This document shows positions 48,423 to 62,803 of a stretch of DNA of 64,000 bases, one piece after another. Position 1 is the first letter of the stretch. Each line of letters opens with the position of its first letter. Source of the stretch: Gekko japonicus (lineage: Eukaryota); NCBI RefSeq assembly GCF_001447785.1, contig NW_015174329.1:124001-188000 (forward strand). The letters run 5' to 3'. The notes below the pieces were generated by a model. The model searched no databases, had not been told where the DNA came from, and saw only the letters and a list, made by a program, of their open reading frames with translations. The position numbers were made by a program, and so were the translations under genes.

Positions 48423-49935
48423 CTGTAAGAGAACAAAAAAATTATTTAACTTTTTGTATATACCATCTCAGGTGTAATTATTCTGCCTAATCAATCATCA
48501 AGACAAAAAAATTCTGCATACTCTGCATAGTACAGGCTGCTGCTGGCAGCTTTGATCTTCATGAACCACTTCGTAAGTCTTTCCTGGTATAGGATCACAG
48601 GAAGAAATGTAGAGGATGATGTACTGCTACAGGATACACATTATGCTGTGCAAAAGCAGAACAGCCAAAGCAAAGTCATTGCGGCTGTGTTTTTTGGTGC
48701 TGCCACAATCACAGACATGGCAACAGACTGCATGGTTAGTTTGTTGCAAGTTCAAACATTACATTCTTCTCTGTGACCCCACAGAAGAGATGGCATGTAG
48801 AACAGTAGCGCTGACTTACATTTTCCTCCTGATGCTCAGGAGAAAGCAGACATTAGGGGTGTGCATTTGGTTTATCCGAGCCAGAAAAATACCCTGTATT
48901 TTTTAAGTCAAATGCAGATCCAAGATCTGTATTTGGCTACTGGCATAGCTGACCCGTTAAGAAGCCAATTTTTTTGCAGCCTTTATTCAGGTGCATTCAG
49001 CTATCCTGAGAAGGCATGTAAAGATATGTCTTTAAATTTAAAGGGTGTCTTTAAATGCTTTCTCCTCCAAGCTTCACCGCCTTCCGAGTTCACTTGCTGA
49101 ATAGCACCCCCGTGCTTGGAGAAGGCAGTAGGCATCTAAAGAGACTTCTCCTCCAAGCCCTGTGGTGGCAGTGTGACTCAGTGAGTGATTGATTCTCCAT
49201 TATACCCTATGGGGACTGATAGTTCCCATAGGGCATAATAGAACCAAAAATGTTAGGATTTTCTGAAAAAATGCTCAAATCTCAATGCCCTACCATTATT
49301 GGGATTTGGGAATATCAGAAAATACCATTTTTTCAGGTTCAATATACCTTAAACCGAAAAATACCGGGTTTTTCCCCACACCCCTAGCAGACATATGAAT
49401 ATTTTAAATAAACAGTTCTCATCTAAAGTTGAAGCTGGCTGCTAAGTCTGGTCTAATAATATATTACTGAGCTGGATGTGTGTACAGATGTGTGTGTTTA
49501 ATAAATGTACTAGTTATCTGAAAAGTTCTGTAAAATACTACCAATAATTTTATATGCCTTCTGTTCTTTCCTTCTCCTTAACTGTTTTGTAAATTTATCT
49601 TCTTCTCGGCCTTTCTCCACATGGAAGTTGCTCCAACTTTTAATTGCTCTTTTCAGAAATCTTCTCTAGTACTAAAACAACCTTAAGTGGGGGAGGCGGG
49701 AGAACCAGACCTGTACAGAGCTCTGAATGAGGCTAGCAACCACACCTCAGCCTTTTGGACTCTTGAGAACAAACCAAACAGCCTATCAGCCTCTAAATTT
49801 TGCTCGTTTAGTCTAACTACCAAAGCCAACACTATTCATTACGTTTTATCATATTTTACTTTGTAAGCCACTTCAAGGAGGTTGTCTAGAGAGGCAGCGT
49901 AGCAATTTTCTATCAATCAATCCTTTTTCAGTTAC

Positions 49936-50192
49936 CTGGCATTCTCTACTTCATGAGCATTTTTCATAATCTTGTCAGAAGAGTCAAAATTCACTCCAAG
50001 GTTCCTTAACTGCTTCAAGGTGGCACTCAGAACACTACTGTTGTCTCTCAGGTCTGGGTCAAATGCTGAGCTCCTTCTCTTTGTCTTACTTGTTTTTGTG
50101 GGTGCAGTACTTTCATTGTTAATTTGATCTTCCTTTATAACACAGGAAGTAATTTCTTCAGAAGATTCCTTCAAGAAGTGTTTTACTTGACC
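49936..50192 (-). CDS. STIL: STIL coding exon
   Basis: GQVKHFL..VLSATLKQLRNLGV..EVENA; AG/GT sites with consistent phases. Confidence 0.93.
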
Positions 50193-50891
50193 CTAACAAA
50201 TTGCAAGGGAAAAATCCAGGAAAAAAAATCTTCAAATGTACTTTCTACAGAGTTGACCACTAAAGTCTTATTTATAACTAGGACAGACTGAAAGGACTCT
50301 TATGAGCTATCTATTTATGTTTACTACAAGTCACTTCAAGATCAGGCATTCTAATTTTTTTAACAACTGGCATAACATAATTAGGCTGTGGAACGTCTAA
50401 GAATGGCAAGCAATTTTCACAATCAAGTGCTGCATCTGCCATATGTATTTGCCTTCTTAGAAGCAAAAGTTTGTGCAGGTATCTAACTTGAACAGAAGAA
50501 TCAGAATCAAGTTCCTGGGATACAATGCTAGTGTAACTGTCATAAGGCAAGCCTCTACCAACACCACAGTAACTCTGGTGATATCTGCTTTAAATGAGCT
50601 ACTGAGTTATCTAGTCTACAGATCAGGCTGAGAAAAGTCAAAGTATCACCCATGCCTCAACAAGTTTGCTTCTGAAATGAAGTGGGCTCATTAGCACAGT
50701 TATTTTTACACAGGCTTTGTTAAAATAAATGAGGTCTATTTAAACCTGTGTAATTGTAATTTTTTAACAATCTGGTCATTTCAAGATTTAGAGATCAATG
50801 GAATCCTAGATTATTGCTATGGCACAGATCACTAAAAAGGATGCATCATGGAAGATGTGAAAAGCTATTATGGAATTATAAATGTAAGCAG

Positions 50892-51031
50892 GGCTGCAGT
50901 CACACACACTAAATAATCTACTTTCAATCCACTTTCCAACTGGATTTTACTGAGTGAACTGGCAAAATCCAGTTGAAAAGTAGATTGAAAATGGATTAAA
51001 AGTGGATTATTTCATGTGTGTGACTGCAGAC
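50892..51031. mobile_element. Palindromic MITE (PIF/Harbinger-like)
   Basis: CTGCAGTCACACACA / TGTGTGTGACTGCAG ends, largely self-complementary, CAG flanks. Confidence 0.7.
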
Positions 51032-51197
51032 CAGGAAACAACTCAGGAATTTTAAGGAAAATATAGGACTCAAGAATCTGCTGTGCAATAGGACAGAGTG
51101 GTCACTGAACAAGGCATTGTTTTTGACAGAAAAAACTCATTTTCCATAAAAATGCCATAAGAGCAGTGTGAAATAAGATTATGCTATGAAAGCTTAC

Positions 51198-51390
51198 CAA
51201 TATGTTCCGGTAAAACTTCTGATCATCCGGAGGGACACTTGGTGGGGGTGAGATGGCATGCTCAAAATTTTGTTCATTAATTGCTACTGAATGGTCATCA
51301 GTTCCCTCCAACGACTTTGTTTGTAAACACTTGGCAACATTCTCACTATGTACAGAGGATGGGGCCACTCCTGTGGCAACAGGCACACTG
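51198..51390 (-). CDS. STIL: STIL coding exon
   Basis: ..PPDDQKFYRNIL; ttctag acceptor, gtaagc donor; phases fit both neighbours. Confidence 0.85.
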
Positions 51391-51649
51391 CTAGAAGCAC
51401 AAGAGAAAATAACACAGAATGAGTAAAGACAGGATTGATATTTTATCTGTTTATATCAATGACATTTTTATTATCTTTGTGCCAAAAGAAAATTTTTTAA
51501 AGTTAGGTACGTCTTAATTTTGAGTTCATTTTTAAATGCAAGGAATGTTTTTGTTAAATGGTTCGTCTTCTAGGAATGTGCTTTAATATACATTAAGCAT
51601 ATTGCTTTAATAATTTTAATTGACAGGAATTCTTAAAGTCAAACAGGAC

Positions 51650-53125
51650 AGTCGATACCGGGTAAATTGGTAGAAACTGTTATTAAGGAAAGAATTAGTA
51701 AGCACGTTGATGAACAAAAACTATTGAGGCAGACTCAGCATGTGTTCAGTAAGGGAAGATCTTGTCTCACTAACCTGTTAAGTGTTCTTTGAGGAAGTGA
51801 ACAAACATGTGGACAAGGGGGACCCAATAGATATTGTTTACCTTGACTTCCAGAAAGCTTTCGATAAAGTTCCTCGTCAAAGGCTCCTAAGTAAGCTCAA
51901 AAATCATGAGATAAAAGGGCAAGTCCTTTTGTGGATCAAAAACGGGCTAATTAATAGGAAACAGAGAATGAGTATAAATGGGAAATTTTCTCAGTGGAGG
52001 GTGGTAAGCAGTGGGGTACCGCAGGGATCAGTACTCGGTTCGATGCTTTTTAACTTGTTCATTAATTATTTGGAGTTGGGAATAAGCAGTGAAGTGGCTA
52101 AATTTGTGGATGATACAAAGTTGTTCAGAGTGGTGAAAAGCAGGGAGGATTGTGAGGCACTCCAAAGGGATGTCGAGGATGGGCGAGTGGGCGTCAACGT
52201 GGCAAATGGGATTCAATGTGGCCAAGTGCAAAGTGATGCACATTGGAGCCAAAAATCCTAACTATAAATACATGTTGAAGGGGTTCGAACTGGCAGAGAC
52301 TGACCAAGAGAGAGAACTTGGAGTCGTAGTAGATAACTCACTGAAATTGTTGAGACAGTGTGCGATTGCAGTAAAAAAGGCCAATGCTATGCTTGGGATT
52401 ATTAAGAAGGGAACTGAAAACAGATCACCCAATATCATAATGCCCCTATATAAAGCAATGGTGCAACCTCAATTGGAATACTGTGTACAGTTCTGGTCAC
52501 CACACCTTAAAAAGGATATTATAGCTTTGGAAAAAGTGCAGAAAAGGGCAACTAGAATTATAAAAGGGTTAGAACACTTTCCCTATGAAAAAAGGTTAAA
52601 ACGCTTAGGGCTCTTTTGCTTGGAGAAATGACGGCTGAGGGGTGACATGATCGAGGTTTACGAGATTATGCATGGGATAAAGCAGGTAGAGAAAGAAGTA
52701 CTTTTCTCCCTTTCTCACAGTACAAGAACTCATGGGCACTCAATGAAATTGCTGAGCAGTCGGGTTAGAACAGCTAAAAAGAAGTACTAGTTCTTCACCC
52801 AAAGAGTGATTAACACATGGAATTCACTGCCACAGGAGGTGGTGATGGCTACAAGCATGGCCGGTTTCAAGAGGAAATTAGATAAACATATGGAGCAGAG
52901 GTCCACCAGTGGCTATTAGCCACAAGGTATAGACAGGAACTCTCAGTCTGGGGCAAGTGATGCATTGTTTGGGGGGCGGGGCAAAAGTGAGAGGGCTTCT
53001 AGTGTCCTGGCCCCACTGCTGGACCTCCTGATGGCACCTGGTATTTTTGGCCACTGTGTGACAGAGTGTTGGACTAGGTGGGCCTTTGGCCTGATCCAAC
53101 ATTGGCGTCTCTTATGTTCTTATGT
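51650..53125 (+). mobile_element. CR1 LINE, 5'-truncated ORF2 (RT) and 3' tail
   Basis: YLDFQKAFDKV..SGVPQGSVLG..KFVDDTKL..LEYCVQFWSP; frameshifted; (TTATGTTC) tail. Confidence 0.95.
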
Positions 53126-53285
53126 AAACCCAATCTTGTCAGATCTTGGAAGCTAAGCAGGGTCAACCCTGGCAAGTACTTGGAAGGGCGACCTCCAAGG
53201 AATACCAGGGCTGGGATACAGAGGCAGGCAATAGTAAGCAACCTGTATGAAATGTCCAAGCCCCACTAGGGGTCACCGGAGAGAT
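53126..53285 (+). mobile_element. 5S rRNA-derived SINE fragment
   Basis: gatcttggaagctaagcagggtc..agtacttggaaggg. Confidence 0.65.
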
Positions 53286-55749
53286 TAATGACTAGTCTCA
53301 GGAAAAGCCTGAAGAAGCCTCTTGTTAACTTCCCTTCCTGTCTTAAGACAGGCTATCAAGGTTGAAGCTAGTTGTAAATGATGGTCTTCAGCTTTTCATA
53401 GCTGGGACTCAACTTGAATCTCCAGGCAGCAGCATGGGATCCACTAAGCTATGAGCATGTACAGACTCATGACAGTGTTGCATGATTGGAAGACGGAGCA
53501 AGAGCCTGCCCAAGGGAAAAGGAATCCTCTCCACCAACTTGATGTTTTGCTGCTCCTCTCAGCATAGGTGGTAAAGTAGGTATAAAGGTGGTGGCCCTTA
53601 CTTTCTATCCATGCATAGTTAACAGTAAGTCCTTCCAAAAAGCAAAAGAAAAGGGCAGCTCCATAGGGGCTAGCAGATTAACAAACGGGACTCCATCACA
53701 TACCTGTGTGTTCTGGCTTATGGGCCAAACACTGTTCCAAACCATGTACTTGCTGAATGTTTAGTTTCAGCTCCCAGCAGCTCTCTCTCTGTAGGCTGAG
53801 GGCTGGTGTTAAGACTTAAATAATGACATGGGCAATAATGACATGGGCATCTGCAGAACAGCAGTGCAACTGGCACTGTGTAATAGATACTCATGATTTC
53901 ACTCAACTGCAGTGACTCCACTAGTTGGGGAAAAGAGCAATAATATATTACTGGAGAAATCATCATTCTCCCAAATCCAAATGCTTTCTTGAGGGAAGAA
54001 GTCTGGAACTATGCAATCAAGTGAGCAACAACTTTGCATTTATTCTGCATTAAACTATGACCAGCCTGCTCAGAAATGAAGCTTAAGGCATATCTGAAAC
54101 ACACACACAAACTTCTAAGGCTAGAGAATTAGGTAATAAATGCTGAGATGCCAGACAGGTCATAGAATGACCCCTAAAACAATGTAGGCTACAAAATGCT
54201 GGTGCTCAAGGCAATCAATTGTGTATGCTTAAAGAGATAAGATTTAAATCATGTACTGTGCCAGTTAGTCAATACAGGTTATCAATTGCTGCTGAAGAGT
54301 TGATTTTTCATCATTCTCAGCAAAAAATATGTAAGCTAAACTTTCCTAAAGTCACTTTGACAACTGGTACTCAAGTAGTATCCAAAGACCACCTGTTCAA
54401 AAGAAACAATTTACACATAACCCATGAATCCTGTTTTCTATATAGTTAGAGATCTCAAATACTACCCCAGTTGCAACATCAGGCTGATTGTCAGTCCCAT
54501 AGGATGAACAACCAAATTACACATGGAGAAATGAAGACTGGTTTGTATGCTGCTTTCACTTCAGCACAAGGACTACACATTGCATACAGAGTTGGTTATC
54601 ACATGTGGTCGCAAGGTAAGGGAAATTTTACTATTCCTTCTGTATACTCAGAGCTTGGCCATATTATTATTATTATTTCCAAGCCATTCGCCCTGGGTTC
54701 AATGTTGTCGCGAAGTGTCCCCCTTCCCACTTTCCCAAAGTATTGTGGCACATCCGTGCACCTCCCAGAGGAGGCTGGCTTTTCACTGATCTTTCCCAAA
54801 CCCACTTTGCTGTGAAGTTTCAGAAAAGAGCACAGCAAAGACTGCTGCATTCAGGTTTTCCTGTCCCACCTATCCAACCTTCATTTCCCCTGTTCTCATG
54901 GTGTCCATTTCCTCGCCCTCCAATTGGGAGGGAGGTGTTGTTTTAAATATGCAATGGAATATCATTATGACAATCAGTATCAAGTTCTCTGAATTCCTAA
55001 TTGCTTTTTTAAAACAGTGAGTCTCTGGGCCCCCTTTTTGCAGAGCCCTAAGGGGCAGGGAGGGGCACGAACCAGAAAAATATGTTTCATGTAGGTTCAT
55101 GGCCCCACAAACTGCATTGGAAAGGACCCCATTCCTTTTCAATGGGATTTGCAGAAAGCCTGAAAAACAGCTGAGTGGCAGGGAGCAGCCTGCTCCCTAC
55201 CACTCAGCTGTTTCACGCTGTTGTGCAGTCCTTTTACAGTTTAAACAGTCCAAAACTGCTGAGCTGCATGGAGCAGGCTTCTCCCTGCCGCTCAGCTGTT
55301 TTTGTGGCTTTCGGGGAAAATTGAAAGCAGGGGGTTTAAAGGCACTCCTGCTTTCTGCTCTGTTTATGAACCACCATGAACTACTTTAAAAGTTTGTGAT
55401 GTAAAAGACCCATCACAAGCTTCAGTTCACAAACCATTTGAGGGTGAAATTCATGACAAATTTTGCTTTATGGTTCCGTTTGTTCCCCTCCCTAATAAGG
55501 GGAAAGGCATGCAAATGTAACAAAAAGAATTCAAGACTAAAAAAATAAATAAATCAAAACTGGAGTTTCAGAGAACCTGATAAAGATTGTTGACATTCAA
55601 TTGCCTACTTTTACGAAAACTGAAAAGGCCTTGGTGGCATGGGGAGGGATTCGACTCAGACAGGGAAACCTGCCATGTGGAAGCCCTGTTGTTGCTGTAC
55701 TGTATTGGCAGCTGTTTCAGCAATGGGGAAACCAATGACATCTGTCACT

Positions 55750-55820
55750 GGGAGAGCTGTGGCTCAGTAGTAGAGCATCTGCTTGGCATGAAGATGGTCC
55801 CAGGATCAATTCCTGGAATC
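55750..55820 (+). mobile_element. tRNA-derived SINE head
   Basis: gctgtggctcagtagtagagcat..ggatcaattcctgg. Confidence 0.6.
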
Positions 55821-56273
55821 CCCTGGAGACGGAGGAAAGCTGCAAAATCCCCACTTCTTCTCCATAAAGGAGTGAAGTGGAGGGAACGGTTGGAGGGGGG
55901 TTAGCCCGAAGGCCTCAGGTAAATTCCCCTCAGTAGAAAATAAGGGTTTTTTTGGTTTTTTAAAAGTTTTTTAAAGAACAAATCACTAAAAAAGATAAAA
56001 TAAAGAATGGAAATAATTCCTAAGAGCTGTGAGGCAAAAGCGAACAGCGAACCGATCAGACCGACGAAGAAAGAGGTCTTTCCAATGCGGCGGTAAGAAA
56101 GGAACTGGTGGGATGTCCGCGCCCACCCCTCTGGGCATGCACGGTGAGGTTCCTGCGCATGCCCGAGGGACTGTGCGCGAAAATCCGTTAAAAGAGCTTG
56201 CTACAGCACCGATCGATCCAGCGTGTGCGCACTAGATCCTATTGGTGTGAAGCACAGAGACCATGTCGAAGAT
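55821..56273 (-). mobile_element. 5' terminal fragment of a second DIRS family
   Basis: gcggcggtaagaaaggaactgg...gcacagagaccatgtcgaagat parallels the DIRS end at 44918-45099. Confidence 0.7.
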
Positions 56274-56407
56274 CAGTGCTGTCCAAATAATATACTTTGT
56301 GTTTTCTATTTCCTCTTTCCCCCACCTACCTCTCAAAGGGCAACAACTAAGGTTCCCATGTTAAAGCTGGATAAGGTGTACTAGTTCGTTGCTTTGGTAT
56401 TGTGTAT

Positions 56408-58696
56408 CTGGGTAAAAATCAATGATTTTAAAAAACCCGATTTTTTAAAAATAAAATGCTTTTTGAGGAAAAATCTATTTAAATATAGTTTCTATTAAGA
56501 TACCTTATAGCCCAAAGGTTATTTATCATGAAATAAGGATTAGTTTTTAATTCTGTAGCATAAGGCTGTATATTCAATGCAATGTTTAAATTAGAAGTGT
56601 CAGACATATGGCCCATGGGCCAAATCCAGCCCCTGCAGGGCTGCAATAAACCTATGGTCCAAAAATTTCCTTCTTTGATTGTGTTCCCACAGTATTCACA
56701 AGTAAAAAGCAGTGTCAGTATTCACAAGTAAAAAGCAGTGGGAACACAATCAAAGAAGGACATTTTTGGACCATAGGTTTATTTTATAATCACTGGGCTA
56801 GTGATTGCACTATAAAGGTCTTATGTGCATATTTATCCTGTGCCTGGTTATTTTACTTCTGAACAATTTACTTTATGGTCCTATATATATATATGTTGTA
56901 ATTGGGCCCCTATATATGTTTTAAATTTGTTATTATCAATAAATACATGTACCTCTTTTTATAGAAAGGTTTTAATATTGGTCCTCCTTTTCACTAACCT
57001 TTTTTTTTTTGGTTTTGGAGTTCTTTGTTAGGTTCAGTTTTTTCCCTTTCTTGTTTCTGCTGGGTGGCAGATTTGACACCCCCTGCTCTGGAGGGTCAAA
57101 TGGGTGGAGTAACTACAATGATCCTGGTGTATGTGCTTGAATAACAGCAGAAGACAATGTCTTCCTTGCAGAAACAATTGATATGTCAGGAAATGTACAC
57201 AAAGCAGAATACTTACAAGAAGTGGCAGCAAAAGCTATAATAGCTTGTGAAGAAAAATTTAAATGTCTAGTATGCTGTTTGGTCACAGACAATGCTGCAA
57301 ATGTATCCAAGATGAGAAGACATTTAGAAGAGCAGGAATAGAATACAAAGCTAGTAACATATGGTTGCAGAGCTCATTTGCTGCACCTCCTAGCCAAAGA
57401 CTTTAGTGTTCCAGAAATAAAGACTAATGTTGAAATTGCTAAATATCTCTATAATTTTGCAGTAGCAGCTTTGAAAAGAATGAGTGGAACCAAGCTAATG
57501 CTCCCACAAGATGTTAGATGGAACTCTGTAGTGGACTGTTTTGAGCAGTATATCAAGAACTGGCCTATTCTGATGACAGTTTGTGAACAAAACAGAGAAA
57601 ATAGATGGCACTGTGATGGCCAAAATCCTCAACATTGGGCTTAAGAGAAATGTTGAACATATGCTGAGCATCCTGAAACTCATTTCTGACACTTTAAACA
57701 AAATACAGAAAAATAGCTGTTTCTTTGCTGATGCTACTGAAATTTGGAAAGAACTGAGTGAGCACTTAAAAACAGAACTACACAGTGACAGAATTAAATT
57801 ACAAGCATTAAAAAAGAATGTGACACCGTCTCCAGCTCATTTTCTCGCAAATATTGTCAATATATCTGGTACCAGGGTCAAAACATAAGTGCTGAGGAAG
57901 AGGAGTTAGCTATGACATGGGTATCCAACAATCATCCATATGTAATGCCAACTATAATAAAATTGAGAGCTAATGGGGGAACTATTCAAGCAATATAAGT
58001 TTGCTGATGACGTTTTAAAGAAAGTCACACCAGTGAACTGGTGTAAGTCACTTAAACACTTGGATTTAGAGACTGTTGAAGTAATGATTTCACTTTTAAC
58101 AGCAGTGGCTTCTTCTGCTGGTGTAGAAAAAATATTCTCTTCCTTTGGAGTAATTCAATCTAAACAGAGAAATTGTTTGGGACCCAATAAAGCAGGAAAG
58201 CTTTTCTTTTCCAAATTATGAACAAACAAGAAGATGAAGATGAGTGAGATAAGGAGGACAGTATTTTAAGTTACATGTGGACTGGGCTGATAGTCTGTTT
58301 AACCATATCATTCAATGGATTTTAAGAAATACAAGAATGCATATGCTATAATGTTATTGTTTTAGTTAAATAAAACTACTTAAATTGTTATTATTAAGGT
58401 AATGATTTATTTTTCTCCTTCTGATAAAGTACAGCAGAAAAGTTGTCCAAATATGAATAATTAACCTATTAAACTGGAGATAGATAATTACGAAATTATT
58501 GTGAGGTGATCGATGATGTGTTTCTAATAGTATAACCAAATCAGTAATTTTTGATATAACTGTAAAACCAGTTTGAAAAGTTGTTATTCTAAAAATTAAA
58601 CCTTCATCTGGTTGTAAATATTCAGATTATACCAGCAAGAATGAGTCTTACTGACTAGTGATTTAAATCAATTTGATTTAAATAAAATCCACCCTG
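56408..58696 (+). mobile_element. Degraded hAT DNA transposon with transposase remnants
   Basis: VTDNAAN, GCRAHLLHLLAKD, QDVRWNS, ASSAGVEKIFSSF motifs in broken frames at 57170-58220; terminus ..ATCCACCCTG. Confidence 0.88.
56645..56783. repeat. 46-bp inverted repeat enclosing two 25-bp direct repeats
   Basis: Arms 56645-56690 / 56738-56783 with one mismatch. Confidence 0.9.
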
Positions 58697-59103
58697 GTTA
58701 CAATTTTACTTCTCGAAAACTAAAGCATTTATACTTCTAAGTTCAATAAAATACACCAAATACAATTTTGTAAACCAATTAAATTATTAATTTTGCATTT
58801 TATGTTGTTCAAATAGTAAAGTAAGTTTAGGTGAGAAAAAGTAAAGCACATATTTCAATTTTCCATTCCTATCCCACTCCTCTCCCACACTGATAGATAT
58901 ATTTGGAACACCCTGCTCCAGGTTGCCAATGGCAGTTACCTTTCACAACACAAATATACTGTTGAAAATACGGTGAGGAAGATGAAGCAAACCAAAATGG
59001 AGTTATAAATGATCGGTCAAGTAAAAATTCAATTTTGACATGATAGAACAAGAAATATAAAATTTTTTAAAAATGAAGAACATCCTCCAATCTAAAAATT
59101 TAC

Positions 59104-59326
59104 CCGACTCCACCAGTGGATTCACCAGATCCTTCTTCAACAACATGAATGCTGTCTACAAAGCTGGGTATGTCAACAGCTTTTAATGATGAAGCAATAC
59201 TTGCTTGACTCCTATCTTTCTCAGTATTCATAGAAATATTAATGTCTTCGTTAGAAATTTCACCATCATCCTGTTTTGTATACTCTCTGTTTCCTTCCAA
59301 GGGGGCATTCAAGAACAAACTAGCAC
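59104..59326 (-). CDS. STIL: STIL coding exon
   Basis: (G)ASLFLN..SIASSLKAVDIPSF; AG/GT sites. Confidence 0.93.
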
Positions 59327-60098
59327 CTAAAAAGGAAGTTAAACAGAAGGCAAATGTATTTTTACTTCTACAAGGTACTTAACCACTAGACTTGTTTTTA
59401 CGCACCCTTCCTTTGAAGTTCAAAGACTGTAACTAACCAATGGTACAGACTTTTGTAATTTGAAGCCAATTATTATTGTTACTTTTAAACACATGAAAGT
59501 GACAGTACTAGCATGGCATTCTCTTGGACATTTGCACAGCATGATTGGGCAATGCATTATGCACAGGTCATCTCTTGCAACACCAACTTTGACCCTTAAC
59601 TAGAGATACTGGAATGTACAATAAACCCTTTATGTTGAAATGTGGTTTTCGCCTGCTGCTATATAGGCTTCACAACAGCAAGGTAAGAGCTATTGCACAG
59701 GTGGGATAAGTACAGACAATGCAGCTGTAAGAAGAAATCCACTTTGTTTTTGAAAATCTGTTTTTTGCTTTCCAATGAACAAAGCAACTCAACACATTAA
59801 TTTCTCTACTGACTTGCAGCATTCAAAAAATTAATATTCTGTCCTCTTCCACAGAATTAATTTTTTAAAAAAATCTTGAGACAGAGAACTATCAAGGGTT
59901 TTGAGGATGTTACCAGTGACTATAGACCAGGCATAGGAGCTAAGACTAATAGCAGAGCCTTCAGCTGGGCCACAGCCCAAGTTGGAAACAGTATAGCAGA
60001 CTGCAAAAACAGCTAAACCAAAATGCCTGGCTCTGCTGCCTGGCGTTTTTCCACTGCCAAGTTCTGTCAATCACAGAAGGTGTACAATAAACCATTAC

Positions 60099-60261
60099 CT
60101 GTGCTCACTGCAATACTGACACTTTTCTTCATGTGTAAACCTGGGGAAGACCGAGTTTCCATGGTAACGAATTCTAGCTGCTTCTCAGACTGTATGCTGT
60201 TATTGGCTATAGTCTTAATGGAACAGGGCTGAAGAGTTTGTGCTTCTAAAAGCCGCTGGAT
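60099..60261 (-). CDS. STIL: STIL coding exon
   Basis: [25 protein letters not shown]; AG/GT sites. Confidence 0.95.
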
Positions 60262-60815
60262 CTGTAACCATGTAAGATCAGTGTTAATTATACTGCAGAG
60301 ATAATAAATGTGGAAGAAGCAATTAGTGCAATAAATATCACCTGTCAACAATTTGTCTTATGAATGCAGGACCATTCTTTCCTTGAAATGTGTAAAAAAG
60401 CTTTTTTAAGCCCCCTTTAAGAAAGAATGTAATACAGGAAATTGCAGAACATCGAACAGCACATAGATATTGCTATTACTGCTGTAAGTCTAATTAATTA
60501 AAATTTAACAGGCTTTCACTCAGCACTGATGTTCATTCCAAGCAAGTTAATGGCTCATTAAATTGACCGATAAACATGCCAAGCTTTAGCAATTCGAAAG
60601 CATAGCTATTTGCCATGTAAACGTATTTGGAAAGACAGCTTTAATCACTACATATTTCTACTTGTCTTCACAGACTGAACATTAGCAAAAGTTCATACAA
60701 CCACCAAGTTCTAGTTCAACAGTATCATACATTTAGTAAAAAGGTTATATTCTATTTAACCACACTCAATAAACCCTAAAATAATTTGCGACAGAAATCA
60801 AAATAGTAAACAAAC

Positions 60816-61856
60816 CTGAGCTTGCAAGAGTTTGAGCTGCCGATCTTGTTCAGTAAGCATTCTGTAAACATCGGGAGATAATCCCATCATTCCGTTATCT
60901 GATCCTATTCTGGGTGAAGGAGTGTGCATACAAGTGGAATACACTGCATAGTCTGCAGGAGGGGAAATCCTTGCTGTATCCCCATCAAGAAGAGAACAAC
61001 TTCCCATTATTCCACAATGGCCAAGGTTTATAGGACTACTTGTGGCACATGTTGAATTGCAACTCCCATTTACACATTCTACATTTTGATGGAACATCAG
61101 TTGTGCACTTTCCTGGGCAACACTTGTCTGGATGTTAGATGTCTGACTGGGGCCAACTTTAGATATCCCTTGCAATATATCTGTTGGACTATACTGCACA
61201 TGGCCATGTAACTGACAGTTGCAGACACAGGAAGAGCCGCCTGGTGGACCTTGAACTGGGATCCGAAACTCTACTGGCCTTAGGTTTGGAGGTGACCAAG
61301 CACAATTATGCCAAGGAGGTTGGGAAGATATAGCAGACTGCTTAGAATTAGGTACCAAAGGTCCATTTAAAGAAAGGTCCTCCTTCCTTTGGATAGCATC
61401 ATGTTTTGCATACAGTTTTTCAGAAGGTGTTCCAAGTTGATGTTCAGATGTGATGGAAGATGATTCACTACAAGGTGTTGAAGGAGAAGAGGAGGATGAA
61501 GAAGACCCAAAATTCTTTCTTGCTTGATATCCACCTGTACTACAGCTGGGTTGTTTTTGTAATGGAACATGTACTCTATTACAAGATTTTAGCTCTGGAA
61601 TTCTCTGCTTTAATTGGCCTGGTAACTGCCTTGGAGAAGACTCTCTGGCACATGAGCTGAAGATCTGCTTCCTGCAATCAGAGCTCTGAATTTGGTGGCA
61701 TGGATGACCTAAAGGACATACTTTCTTAGCTGGCTGATATACATGTAGATTTGTTTTATCCACAGTTGAGACATGTTTGGATGTTGGTACAGCTTCCGTG
61801 AAGTTGCCATCAAATACAACAGACAGTTCAGGAACTGAAGGCTGGATCTCTGTAAC
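60816..61856 (-). CDS. STIL: STIL large coding exon (1041 nt)
   Basis: VTEIQPSVPELSVVFDGNF...DNGMMGLSPDVYRMLTEQDRQLKLLQAQ. Confidence 0.95.
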
Positions 61857-62691
61857 CTAGAAAACAAGGACACCTTGCAATAAAAGCATTTTTATGTATT
61901 TTTATCTCTCCCATTCTCCGAGAAGCTCAGTACAGTACACATTATTCTTTTCCCCACTATATCTTAACAACCACTTCAGGATGTAGGTCAGACAGAGTAC
62001 TGGTCCAAGGTCATTCAATGAGCTGGATGGTGAAATGGAGAGGTGAATCCAAGTCTTCCGGATCATAATCTGGCAGCCAAACCACCATAACAATCTCAGT
62101 GCCAAGAGTTTAGGATTGCAATACAGATCTTTGCCTCAGAATAAGGCAAACAGGATGGAAAATCTACAGCAGGAAACACTGCACTAGGGTCCTTATGAAT
62201 AAAAATACAACCAACATAGCTATTAACTCCAACTAGAACTAGTCACTGGTTTTATATTTATGAGAAATGGGGAAAACCAGAATTAATCTCAGCATGGTCT
62301 CACTGAGCAATAGCTTTTTAAAAAAGCTTTACAACAGGCATGACTGCACAAGCTCACCTGCTATTTCTGCTACCTCCTGTGTTCTAATAATGCTCTGCTA
62401 AAACTAATAGTTGAGTTCTGGTTCAGCTGACTGAACTGTTCTGCTTGTGTTTCCATGGCAGACTTTGCAACCTTCTAAAACACTTGTTTTTAAAAGCTGA
62501 GCTACAAAAATATGGTTGTGGTGATAAAGGGTTAATATGACTGTGGTACAACCTAGTGGTAAGACTGTGAAATAACACTAGCCTTGTATCAGTGCTGAAC
62601 ATGGGCGTTTTAAGATTTCTACCTGCCAAAAATATGGCAGCGCAAAATGCATTTTCTCTGAAAAATTGAAATAGGAGGCATAGAAGTTCAC

Positions 62692-62803
62692 CTGTTGACA
62701 TGTTGGGTGAGGACGGGGAAATGGTCTTGGAGATGCATCATCTTCCACGCCAGAGTCATGATCACTGACAGACAGCTTGTTTGGTGAGGAACCCTGAGAG
62801 GGG
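62692..62803 (-). CDS. STIL: STIL coding exon (CR2/CPAP-binding region)
   Basis: [20 protein letters not shown]; ttttag acceptor, gtgaac donor; translated by hand, not in the ORF track. Confidence 0.92.

Noticed and set aside
56690-56740. CRISPR-like direct repeats
   Set aside because: Eukaryotic DNA; only two units and no spacers
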